Assembly: GCA_963790305.1 (NCBI GenBank)
Contig: CAWBOC010000009.1
Coordinates: 512,001-576,000 of the forward strand
Reading direction: 5' to 3'
Length of the DNA: 64,000 bases
Source of the DNA: an uncultured Gemmatimonadaceae bacterium
GTDB lineage: Bacteria > Gemmatimonadota > Gemmatimonadetes > Gemmatimonadales > Gemmatimonadaceae
In this document: in pieces, positions 39,321 through 47,438 of the stretch
Layout: each line of letters starts with the position of its first letter
Position numbering within the stretch: position 1 is the stretch's first letter
Program-made: the position numbers and the translations under genes
The notes under the pieces: generated by a model
Seen by the model: only the letters and a program-made list of their open reading frames with translations
Database searches by the model: none
Told to the model about the DNA's origin: nothing

Positions 39321-40198
39321 CAGCTCGAGCCGCCACCACCACCACTGAACCCACCCCCACCACCGAACCCACCGAAGCCACCGCCACCGAATCCACCACC
39401 GCCGAATCCGCCACCGCCCCAGCCGCGTCCTCGATGTCCTCCAGCAGGGAACGGAAGGAAAATCGGAAGGCAGCCTCCGCCACCACAGCCACCGCGGCGG
39501 CCGCGGCGCCCACGCCGAGCTATCGAGCTGATGAAGATGATCGCGACGAGGGCCAGCAGGAACAGGGTCTGCGGCGGGATTCCACCGGGAGTACGCACGC
39601 GAATGGGCGGCTCCTGCGCGCGCCCCAGCTCACGGCCCAGCTGAGGGCCGAAGAGGCTGTCCAGCGGTACGTTGAACTCGCGCGCGAACTCGCTCGCGAC
39701 TCCGGCAGCAAGCTGGAGTGTCGCTTCACTGTAGTCCCGCCGCTGAAAAACCGGAATGACGGACCGGCAGAGCTCCCCCCCATCGCCATCGCTGATGAAC
39801 CCTTCAGCGCCACGGCCCACCTCAATTCGGCAGCGCCCGCGCCCATCGGAGGCGGTCTCTTTCGGGACGATCAGAATCACGACACCCGCGTTGCGTACTC
39901 GGTCGCCCGGCTCGGCTTTCGCGCCCACGCCCCATTGACGCCCGATCTCGAGCGCGACGTCCGCGGCATCGCGCTGCCCAATATCGGGCAACGTCACGAC
40001 CGCGAGCTCGCCGCCCGTGCGTTGCTTGAGCTGGAGTGCGATGCGGTTGATCGTTGCTTCCGCGTCCGGCGAGAGCACGTTCGCCTCGTCGACGACGACT
40101 TCAGCCGCCGTCGGAGAGAAGCCGCGCGGCGGCGACGGCACCTGGATCGCTTGCAGCGCCATCAGGGCGCCGATAGCTTGCAGCCCGCTATGCCACAT
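39317..40198 (-). CDS. TPM (TLP18.3/Psb32/MOLO-1) domain membrane protein with Gly-rich tail
   Basis: VVDEANVLS, WGVG...NAGVVILI, RIEVGRGAEG, TM helix, FGGFGGGGGFSGGGGGSSW; start approximate. Confidence 0.9.
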   Translation of the reverse strand: MWHSGLQAIGALMALQAIQVPSPPRGFSPTAAEVVVDEANVLSPDAEATINRIALQLKQRTGGELAVVTLPDIGQRDAADVALEIGRQWGVGAKAEPGDRVRNAGVVILIVPKETASDGRGRCRIEVGRGAEGFISDGDGGELCRSVIPVFQRRDYSEATLQLAAGVASEFAREFNVPLDSLFGPQLGRELGRAQEPPIRVRTPGGIPPQTLFLLALVAIIFISSIARRGRRGRRGGCGGGGCLPIFLPFPAGGHRGRGWGGGGFGGGGFGGGGFGGFGGGGGFSGGGGGSSW

Positions 40199-40237
40199 CA
40201 CGTCGGTGGGCGTTGGTCGGGGGCAGCGCGGTACGCC

Positions 40238-40888
40238 ATGGCGATCGCGCTGCTCGTCGTACATGGGTGCACGTCCGACGACGCACGTGTCATCGTGCGC
40301 GTGACGAGCGGGTCGGGACGCGCGGTGATCGCGTCGCCAGTCGATCCGCGTGCGCTACGCGCGTGGGACTCCCCACGCAGCGCGACGGGAGCCGTCGCAA
40401 GATCCATTGCGCGCTACTACGCGGCCAGCGACAGCGCGGATTCACTCGACGCGGCTTTTCAGCAAGCACGCGACTCGCTTAACCGGGAGGCGCGAAGCCT
40501 CACCGGCGGCGATCGCCGCAGCATGGAGTACGGGAAGCGATACGACGCGTACATGGCGCGCGTCGCTGTGGCAACCCGTACTCGTGAGGCGCGCGATCGC
40601 GCTCGGCGCCACGCCGCCACGCTCCGCGCGCAGCTGGGCGCCGACGCGCCCGACCCGGCGCAACGACGAGCCGACCCGGGCGCGCGCCTTCGCACCGCCC
40701 TCGACAGCGCAGCGCGCGCCGCCGGAAAGCAGATCGTTCGCGGCTCGCTTCGCGATGGCCAGGCGGCGCTCGAGCTGACGCCGGGCGTCTGGTGGTTGGC
40801 GGTCGAGACTAGCGAAGGACTGCTCACGGGCGTGAGACGACACGAGATGCGCCCTGGAGCGCGAGACACGGTGCAAATCGGCGCCTGA
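40238..40888 (+). CDS. Hypothetical helical protein, possibly a lipoprotein
   Basis: MAIALLVVHGC start, helical middle, LTPGVWWL beta-motif; start uncertain. Confidence 0.5.
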   Translation: MAIALLVVHGCTSDDARVIVRVTSGSGRAVIASPVDPRALRAWDSPRSATGAVARSIARYYAASDSADSLDAAFQQARDSLNREARSLTGGDRRSMEYGKRYDAYMARVAVATRTREARDRARRHAATLRAQLGADAPDPAQRRADPGARLRTALDSAARAAGKQIVRGSLRDGQAALELTPGVWWLAVETSEGLLTGVRRHEMRPGARDTVQIGA

Positions 40889-40904
40889 CAGCCCCGAACG
40901 AGAA

Positions 40905-40930
40905 CGCGGGGCGGATTGCTCCGCCCCGCG
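40905..40930 (-). terminator. Terminator of the Agl/Glt-like operon (possibly bidirectional)
   Basis: CGCGGGGCGGA-4nt-TCCGCCCCGCG; GCAA tetraloop and TTCTCGTT tail on the minus strand. Confidence 0.65.
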
Positions 40931-40953
40931 CTGCGTGATCCCCGCGGGATCGG

Positions 40954-41985
40954 TCATCGCGTGAAGTTGAACGTGAAACCGTACGTCCCGCCACCACGAT
41001 CGGACGCAGGGAACCGCCACCCGCGGATGCGCTGCCGAATGCAGTTCTCCGCCTCGGACGCACCCGCACCACCCCAGCTACGCCCTGTGACGTCCACGCC
41101 GGTGACGCTCCCGGCACCCGTCAAGGTAATCGCGACGTTCACCTTACCGGCGAGGCTCGGGTTGACTTTGAGCCCGTACTCCTGGTAGCAGAAGCGTAGC
41201 TGCGACTCGCGCGACCGCACGAAGTTGCCGAGGTCTCCGACGTCCCGTCCGGGACCGCCGAGCGCGTCCGGCGCCACCACGCGAGGCGGCTCGACACGAA
41301 CGGCGGCACGCGTCATCCCACCACCGGCACCGACGCCGCCGATTCCGCCGCCGCCGCCACCACCGGTGCCAAGTCCACCGCCAATTCCGCCGCGACCGGG
41401 GGTGCGAGAGCCCTCGCCTCCCTGGCCATAGCCAATGACGGCCTTCCCGCCAACGCCGCCACCACCGGTGCCGGCTCGTCCACCACCGGTACCGCCGGTG
41501 CCTGACGATACGTCGACCCCGCGCAGGATATTCGAGACGTCACCGACGAGACCGCCGCTGCCCTGTCCCGCCCCTGTCCCGAACGCAGCACCGATCGCCC
41601 CGGCGCGGTTGGTCTCGGTCTGGGAGCCGGGTCGGTTGGGCCGCGGGCTGCCCGCCTCGGGGCCACGCTGGCCCGGCGGGCGCGTGGTCGGCCCTGGCGC
41701 GGGCTGCTGTTCCGCTTCGCCTGGCTGCGGGGCCGGCGGTTGCGTCTCCTCGAACTCCACCGTCAACGGCGCGCTCAGCTCCTCCTCCGGGATCAGCTGG
41801 ATCGTCGGTTCGACTGCCGGAAGGAAGATCACCAGCGCAATCCACAACAAGCCAAGCGCGACCGCGACGACGTACGAGCCGACGATGGCACGGCCCTCCT
41901 CACCCATGATCTCATAGCGGAGATTCCGGGTGAAGGTCGTTTCGTCTCGTGACCGCTTGGGCGGTGCTGAACGTGTTTCTGCCAT
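40954..41985 (-). CDS. GltG/AgmX-PglI-like TonB/TolA-type energy transducer
   Basis: One N-terminal TM, Pro-rich then Gly-rich linker, C-terminal QLRFCYQEYGLKVNPSLAGKV...ENCIRQRIRGWRFP...FTFNF. Confidence 0.8.
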   Translation of the reverse strand: MAETRSAPPKRSRDETTFTRNLRYEIMGEEGRAIVGSYVVAVALGLLWIALVIFLPAVEPTIQLIPEEELSAPLTVEFEETQPPAPQPGEAEQQPAPGPTTRPPGQRGPEAGSPRPNRPGSQTETNRAGAIGAAFGTGAGQGSGGLVGDVSNILRGVDVSSGTGGTGGGRAGTGGGGVGGKAVIGYGQGGEGSRTPGRGGIGGGLGTGGGGGGGIGGVGAGGGMTRAAVRVEPPRVVAPDALGGPGRDVGDLGNFVRSRESQLRFCYQEYGLKVNPSLAGKVNVAITLTGAGSVTGVDVTGRSWGGAGASEAENCIRQRIRGWRFPASDRGGGTYGFTFNFTR

Positions 41986-41986
41986 T

Positions 41987-42532
41987 CTACCTCGAGGCCT
42001 GCGTGGCCCCCGGAGCTTCCGTCTTGTGAACCTGCAGCGATATGGAGCGGAACCCGGCCAGCCTCGCTGTTTGCATCACGCGCGCAAGGAGGTCGTAGCG
42101 CATCGACTTGTCGCCCTGTACCGCCAGCGGCACGTCGATTGACTGATCCTGTCCCAGGTTCTTGTCTCGCCTGAGCGAGTCTGCCTTCTGCCGAAGCGTA
42201 TTGTACAAACGGGGAATCAGCAGCGGCTGATTTGGATCGTTCGACACGGCCCGCGCCGCGTCGACCGTCTCCATGATAGCGTCCTCGCCCAGCGTGATTT
42301 GCCGTCCAATGCCGAGCGTGAGCTGCTTGTGCGCCACCGCGCCAACGCGCGACTCCGGCAGTGTCACACCCGATACGACCTCGGTGAGCTCGCTGACGGT
42401 CTGCGTCGTCAACGCGAAGAACACGATGGAGACAAATGTATCTACCAGCGGAATCAGATTGAGTTCCGTGATTCGGAACTTCGCGAACTGGGCCGCCCGA
42501 CGCGCGGCTCGATTCTCACGGGCGCGACTCAT
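41987..42532 (-). CDS. ExbD/TolR-family protein (AglS/AglQ-like)
   Basis: LNLIPLVDTFVSIVFF with conserved TM Asp; VQGDKSMRYDLLARVMQTARLAGF. Confidence 0.9.
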   Translation of the reverse strand: MSRARENRAARRAAQFAKFRITELNLIPLVDTFVSIVFFALTTQTVSELTEVVSGVTLPESRVGAVAHKQLTLGIGRQITLGEDAIMETVDAARAVSNDPNQPLLIPRLYNTLRQKADSLRRDKNLGQDQSIDVPLAVQGDKSMRYDLLARVMQTARLAGFRSISLQVHKTEAPGATQASR

Positions 42533-43068
42533 GGACGAGCTCCGGCGGCGTTATTGGCTACCTGCCGCGCGCGGTTGCTCAACGACATCCCCGTGAATCC
42601 CGCGAGCTTCAGTCGCTCGAGCACCTGAACGACGCGCTCGTAACTGACGTCGTCGTTGGGCACCACGGTCACGTCCCTGTTCTGCGGAAAGTCGGTCCGT
42701 ACCTGCTTCATGAGAGCCTCGAACCGGTCGAGCGCGGCCGCGTCCGTGCCGGCCACGGGCTGGTTGAGCCCCTCCGAATGTTCCACTTGCACCCTGTCGG
42801 TATAGATCCGCACGCCCACGAGGAGGTTGATGACTTCCTGCTCGGAGCGAATGCGCGCCGCCTCCTCTGGAGTCGTGATGACGACAGGAGGAAGCACGAG
42901 ATCGAACGCCGTCAGCGCCGCCATTGCGGCGCCGGTGTACGTCAGCAGGCTGAAGAACACGATCGACGTCAGAATGTCCACGAGCGGGATGAGATTCAGG
43001 CTCCCGTGCGCGGTCATCGGCGCCCGCTCGGCGCGACGCTGTTTCGATCGATGAAAGAGACTAGCCAT
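42529..43068 (-). CDS. ExbD/TolR-family protein (AglQ/AglS-like)
   Basis: LNLIPLVDILTSIVFF with conserved TM Asp; VPNDDVSYERVVQVLE. Confidence 0.9.
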   Translation of the reverse strand: MASLFHRSKQRRAERAPMTAHGSLNLIPLVDILTSIVFFSLLTYTGAAMAALTAFDLVLPPVVITTPEEAARIRSEQEVINLLVGVRIYTDRVQVEHSEGLNQPVAGTDAAALDRFEALMKQVRTDFPQNRDVTVVPNDDVSYERVVQVLERLKLAGFTGMSLSNRARQVANNAAGARP

Positions 43069-43077
43069 ATCTGATCG

Positions 43078-43142
43078 ATGAGGAGTGAGGCATGAGGAGT
43101 GAGGAAATCGATTCCCTCACTCCTCGGTCCTCGTTCCTCTCC
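43078..43142. repeat. Inverted heptamer tandem-repeat element
   Basis: TGAGGAG TGAGGCA TGAGGAG TGAGGAA versus CCTCAC TCCTCGG TCCTCGT TCCTCTC. Confidence 0.8.
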
Positions 43143-43786
43143 TAACGGTGCCCCAGTCGCACGTCCGGCCGATCGATGAGCGCGTTGATCAACCGAACGG
43201 AGAACTCGTCGACTTGCTCGATGATCGTCTCCGCCTGGCTCACGAGATACGCGTGCGCCACGGACAGCGGCACAGCGACCAGCAGTCCGAAACCTGTCGC
43301 ATTCAGCGCGATCGCGATACCCTGCGCCAGCGATGCGGAACGCTCAGCGGCGGAGGCGAGGCTCACGGAGCTGAACGCCTCGCGCAGGCCGAAGATCGTG
43401 CCGAGCAGTCCCAGCAGCGTGGCGACGTTCGCCAGCATCGGGAGATAGTGGAGCCGCCGCGTCAGCCGCGGGAGCACCGCGAGCGCCGCGGCATCGGCGA
43501 CGTTCTGGAGGTCCGCCTCATCACGGCTGCGACTGCGCAGAATCAGCAGTCCCATGTCAGGCAGCACCGCGTGCGACTGGGTGCAGAGCTTGATGGCATC
43601 CTCGACCTTGCCGGACCGCACGAGCTGAATGACGCGCTCAATGAAGGCGCGCCCGTTGATCTTCGACCGGATGACGATGGTGTAGAATCGCTCGAGGAAG
43701 ACGGCAAGTCCGATCACCGCAACGACGAGGATGAAGTGCATGATTGCACCGCCGCTCCGGTAGTACTCCAGCAGGTTGTTCAACAT
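43142..43786 (-). CDS. MotA/TolQ/ExbB proton channel protein (AglR-like)
   Basis: Three TM helices; NVATLLGLLGTIFGL and GIAIALNATGFGLLVAVP motifs. Confidence 0.93.
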   Translation of the reverse strand: MLNNLLEYYRSGGAIMHFILVVAVIGLAVFLERFYTIVIRSKINGRAFIERVIQLVRSGKVEDAIKLCTQSHAVLPDMGLLILRSRSRDEADLQNVADAAALAVLPRLTRRLHYLPMLANVATLLGLLGTIFGLREAFSSVSLASAAERSASLAQGIAIALNATGFGLLVAVPLSVAHAYLVSQAETIIEQVDEFSVRLINALIDRPDVRLGHR

Positions 43787-43879
43787 TTACGCGCGTCCTC
43801 CGAGGGAAGTTCTAGCTCTATCGTCGTTGTCTTACCGGCAAAAGCGCAGGAGCCGTGCCCGGCCCCTGTTCAGATGTCG

Positions 43880-44416
43880 CTACGGCCTGCGAGTGGTGTC
43901 ACGCGGCGCCGCCGGAGCGCCCATGCTCTGCACACGACCCGCGATCGAGTCGAGGCGGGCCCGGCGAAGGGCAATCTCCTTCCGAATCGCCTCGATCTCC
44001 GCTCGCCGTGCCGCATCGCCTGAGGTATCTGCTGGAGCAGCCGGCGTCACACCCGCCACGGGAGCAGGAAGCGGAGCTGGCGTCGTAATGACGCCCACGG
44101 CGGGCGGCGTCATCTGCCGCTCGGCCAGGCGAACGGTGTCGGCCTGGCTCCCCGTAATCGTGCTTCGTGGCACGAGCTGGTATCCGACGGTCGCCAACCC
44201 CAGGAAGTCGGGGTTGTAGAAGTCCGGTACCAGCACGTTCCGATCGAACTGCGGCGCTTCGCGGGGGCGGACCGTCACCACCTGCGGTGTCGGAACCTGG
44301 CCACGAATCTCGATCGTGCGTGAGGTGCCGCGCCGCGTCGGCTGCTGCGCCTCGCCGATCGAGGCGCAGAGGGTCAGCGCGACTGCTACCCCCAATGAAG
44401 CCTGTATCCTGCGCAT
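43880..44416 (-). CDS. Exported GltF/CglF-like protein with C-terminal Pro-rich and coiled-coil extension
   Basis: Signal peptide; IEIRGQVPTPQVVTVRPR resembles the I-x-G-x3-P motif I recall for CglF-like proteins; lies directly upstream of the ExbB/TolQ gene. Confidence 0.5.
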   Translation of the reverse strand: MRRIQASLGVAVALTLCASIGEAQQPTRRGTSRTIEIRGQVPTPQVVTVRPREAPQFDRNVLVPDFYNPDFLGLATVGYQLVPRSTITGSQADTVRLAERQMTPPAVGVITTPAPLPAPVAGVTPAAPADTSGDAARRAEIEAIRKEIALRRARLDSIAGRVQSMGAPAAPRDTTRRP

Positions 44417-44417
44417 A

Positions 44418-47400
44418 CTATAAGCCTCCAGCGAGCACGGCTGCCTCGCGTAAGATCATGGCCATCGGCGGGTCGGCCGGAACGTTTCCACGCAGGGCCT
44501 CGCGGGCCCGCTCCACCCAGTCTCGTGCTTCCGCGTCGGTCACACCAGGCGTCTGCTCCGCCTTCTCCACGAGCGACTGCCAGGTCTTCCGCGCCGCCTC
44601 GAAGAATTGCTCCGCCTGCTGCGCGGCCCCCTGCTCTCCCGCTTGCTGCTCTTCCGGCGTGAGCCCTGCAGGCAGCTGCACGTTGCGAAGGAACGTTCCG
44701 TAATCCCACTGAGCGAGTCCGAGGTGATACGTCGCGGCAGCGAGCCAGCGAGCATTCCCCGTCTTGATCGCGTTCGTAAAGTGGGTCGACATCTCGCGCA
44801 GCACCGCCTGCTTCTGTCGCTGCGCGCGTTGGACGCCCGCCGCCGTCAGCTGAGCCTTCGTCGAAATCACGAAGCGGAGTGTTCGATATCGAGGCCACAG
44901 CGCCGCGCCCCGACGGAAGTGTCCCTCTGCCACTCGCGCCGCGCACTGGCCTCGGATCTCCGGGGTCGGGCGCGCGCACAGGGCCGTGAGCTCGCGGCTC
45001 GCCGCTGCCGTGTCGCCAGCTGCCCGCAGGAACTCCAGTCGGGTCTGGCGAGCAGCTGCCGCACGCTGATCACTTGGGAACCGCGACGCGAACGATCCGT
45101 AGGCGCGTGCCGCCGCCGCCGTGTCGCCCGCTTGCGCGAACGTCACCGCCGCATTGATCTGCGCATCGGCAGCGCGTCGATCGCGTGGATACGTCCGTGA
45201 GAATTCCTCATAGGCCTGCGCCGCTTCCGCTTTCCTGTTCAGCGAGTCGAGCGCGACCGCGAGACGCACCATGGCGTCGGCGCGGCCCTCCCAACGAGGA
45301 TTGTCGCGGATGAGCCCGCGAAGCGCTTCGACCGCTTCTTCGCGCCGGCCAACCTCGGCGAGCAGACGGCCCTGCAGTGCCTGGTACTGGAGACGATACC
45401 GGTAGCTCGGATACTGCGTGACCAGCCGCTGCGAAAGCTCGATCGCACGGTCGCGCGCCTGGCGCGATGCCGCGTCATCACCCCGCGCACGCGCCGCGCT
45501 GTCAGCCAGCAGATAAACCTCGATCGCATCACGCAGCGCTTCGGGGGCGCGCTCAGACGTCGGATTCCGTTCCGCGATCGCGACGTAGATCTCTTCCGCC
45601 GCGCGCCGGTATTCTCCCTGCTTCACGAGCGTGTCGGCGAACGTCGCCGCGGCACCGGTGCGAATGCGGCTGATGGAGTCGGCAAGCGCACGACGCCCGG
45701 TACTCGTGGCGACTGTCTGCGCCGCTTCCCACTGAATCTGTGCTTCCGCGTACTGTCCACCGCGGTACATCGCGTCACCGACGAGCTTCTGTGCCGTCGG
45801 CGTGTACGCATCGTTCGGGTACAGCTGCGCGTACCGCTGAAACGTCTGGGCCATCACGTCCCACCGCTGCGATTCGGACGCGCGTTTCCCCTTCTGGATC
45901 AACGCGCGCTTCGCGAGGTCGGTCTGCGGGAACGCGGCGACATATCGATCCACCACGGCGAACATCGAATCCTGCGCCGCACGGTCGTTCTTGTTGCGCA
46001 CCAGCGCCGAATCAAACGCCACGATCGCATTCTGCCCCGCCCTCTGCGCGAGCGCGGTGTCACGCGGAGGATACGCGTAGGCGGCACGAGAGTACTGTAC
46101 GCCGGCCTCCGCATAGTTCTGCTGTCCGAACAGCGCTTCGCCGTAGAGCAGCGCCACGCGTTGTGCGCTGTCGGCCTGTCCGAATTCCTGCATGTACCGC
46201 CCGTACAGCTGCGCCGCCTCCGCAAAGCGAGCGCGGTCGTTGCGCTGCTGCGCCTGCGAGAGGCGGAACTGCGCGCTCTGGCGCAGCGCCTCCTCGCGGG
46301 CCGTATTCGCTGCAGCGACCGCGCCCGGATTGGCCTGCGCCCAGCGGGAGCTTGGTCCGAAGTTCTCGACGAGGGCGAGTCGAGCCTCCTGCGCCTTTTC
46401 GGGGTCGAGGACGCGGTTCTGATAGATGTCGACGATCTCGCGCTGAATGCCGAGCGCTGCCGAGTCGGTCGGAGCTTCGGTGATGACGGCGCGGTAGGCC
46501 TCTACGGCGCCCGCGAAATCACCTTGATCGCGCAGGCTCTGCGCAACGCGACGCATGACTGGCAGGCGATAGCGCCCGGTGCCTTCGCGACCGCTGAAGT
46601 ACTGGTCGGCCGCTTGGGCGCCACCGACCTGCGTGAACGCGATCGCCATGTATTCGATGGCTTCCGCCTGCAGACCGAGTCGAGCCTGCTGCTCCGACGA
46701 CAGCTGATCGTAGGACGCGACCAGTCGGCCGAACACCTCCACCGCGCGTCGGTACTCTTCCTGATTCGCCGCCGTCGCCTGGTTGTAGTAGGCCCAGCCG
46801 AGCTTGTAGAGCGCGAGGAAGTAGATGTCGCCGTTAGGCGGCGCCGACTGGGTCGCGGCCTCGTAGGCGGCAGCCGCGCGGGCAAAGGTCTCACGCCGCG
46901 CCGCACCACGCTGCTGGGCCGCGAGCTCGAACATCGCGTCGCCAAGACGGAAGAACGCCTCGGGGCGGAATCGCGAGGAATCGTCCTTCGTGACCGCCTC
47001 GAACATCCGCGCGGCATCGGCATACCGCTGCGCGGAAAAATACATCGTCCCCAGGGTGTACGAGGCCGCGTCGAACTTCGAGAAGTTCGGATAGCGCCGT
47101 ACCAGATCCTCGAGGCGTGCGATCGCCGGCTCGTAGTTCGGACGAATCGGGGTGTCCGCGCGAGCGGCACTGTCACCGCCGACGGCGCGCTGCGACTCGG
47201 CGAAATCCTCATCCGCCTTGCGAACGAGCAGCTCGCTCAGTTGAAAGAGGGCGTTGGGCCGCAGGTCGCTCGCGGGATACTTATTGAGAAATGCCTCCAG
47301 CTTCACGATCGCCTCGTCCCGCACGGTATCCGCGGATGAGGTCGCCATCGCGACGAGCCGAGTACTCCCCTGCTGCGCGGGCGCCTGGGAGGGTGCGGTT

Positions 47401-47435
47401 GCGAGGAGAGCGAGGAGTCCGAGTAAACGCTTCAT
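44418..47435 (-). CDS. Large periplasmic TPR protein (GltD/AgmU-like)
   Basis: Signal peptide; many TPR-like repeats (ALFQLSE, AFFRLGD, ALYKLGWAYY); C-terminal WLAAATYHLGLAQW. Confidence 0.82.
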   Translation of the reverse strand: MKRLLGLLALLATAPSQAPAQQGSTRLVAMATSSADTVRDEAIVKLEAFLNKYPASDLRPNALFQLSELLVRKADEDFAESQRAVGGDSAARADTPIRPNYEPAIARLEDLVRRYPNFSKFDAASYTLGTMYFSAQRYADAARMFEAVTKDDSSRFRPEAFFRLGDAMFELAAQQRGAARRETFARAAAAYEAATQSAPPNGDIYFLALYKLGWAYYNQATAANQEEYRRAVEVFGRLVASYDQLSSEQQARLGLQAEAIEYMAIAFTQVGGAQAADQYFSGREGTGRYRLPVMRRVAQSLRDQGDFAGAVEAYRAVITEAPTDSAALGIQREIVDIYQNRVLDPEKAQEARLALVENFGPSSRWAQANPGAVAAANTAREEALRQSAQFRLSQAQQRNDRARFAEAAQLYGRYMQEFGQADSAQRVALLYGEALFGQQNYAEAGVQYSRAAYAYPPRDTALAQRAGQNAIVAFDSALVRNKNDRAAQDSMFAVVDRYVAAFPQTDLAKRALIQKGKRASESQRWDVMAQTFQRYAQLYPNDAYTPTAQKLVGDAMYRGGQYAEAQIQWEAAQTVATSTGRRALADSISRIRTGAAATFADTLVKQGEYRRAAEEIYVAIAERNPTSERAPEALRDAIEVYLLADSAARARGDDAASRQARDRAIELSQRLVTQYPSYRYRLQYQALQGRLLAEVGRREEAVEALRGLIRDNPRWEGRADAMVRLAVALDSLNRKAEAAQAYEEFSRTYPRDRRAADAQINAAVTFAQAGDTAAAARAYGSFASRFPSDQRAAAARQTRLEFLRAAGDTAAASRELTALCARPTPEIRGQCAARVAEGHFRRGAALWPRYRTLRFVISTKAQLTAAGVQRAQRQKQAVLREMSTHFTNAIKTGNARWLAAATYHLGLAQWDYGTFLRNVQLPAGLTPEEQQAGEQGAAQQAEQFFEAARKTWQSLVEKAEQTPGVTDAEARDWVERAREALRGNVPADPPMAMILREAAVLAGGL

Positions 47436-47438
47436 ATG

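Noticed and set aside
39320..39510. CCACCG-rich low-complexity tract as a DNA repeat element
   Set aside because: Explained by the Gly-rich C-terminal tail typical of TPM-domain proteins
41987..43786. Canonical Tol-Pal or flagellar stator locus
   Set aside because: No tolB or pal, no OmpA-like MotB domain, and two ExbD paralogues plus TPR genes fit neither system
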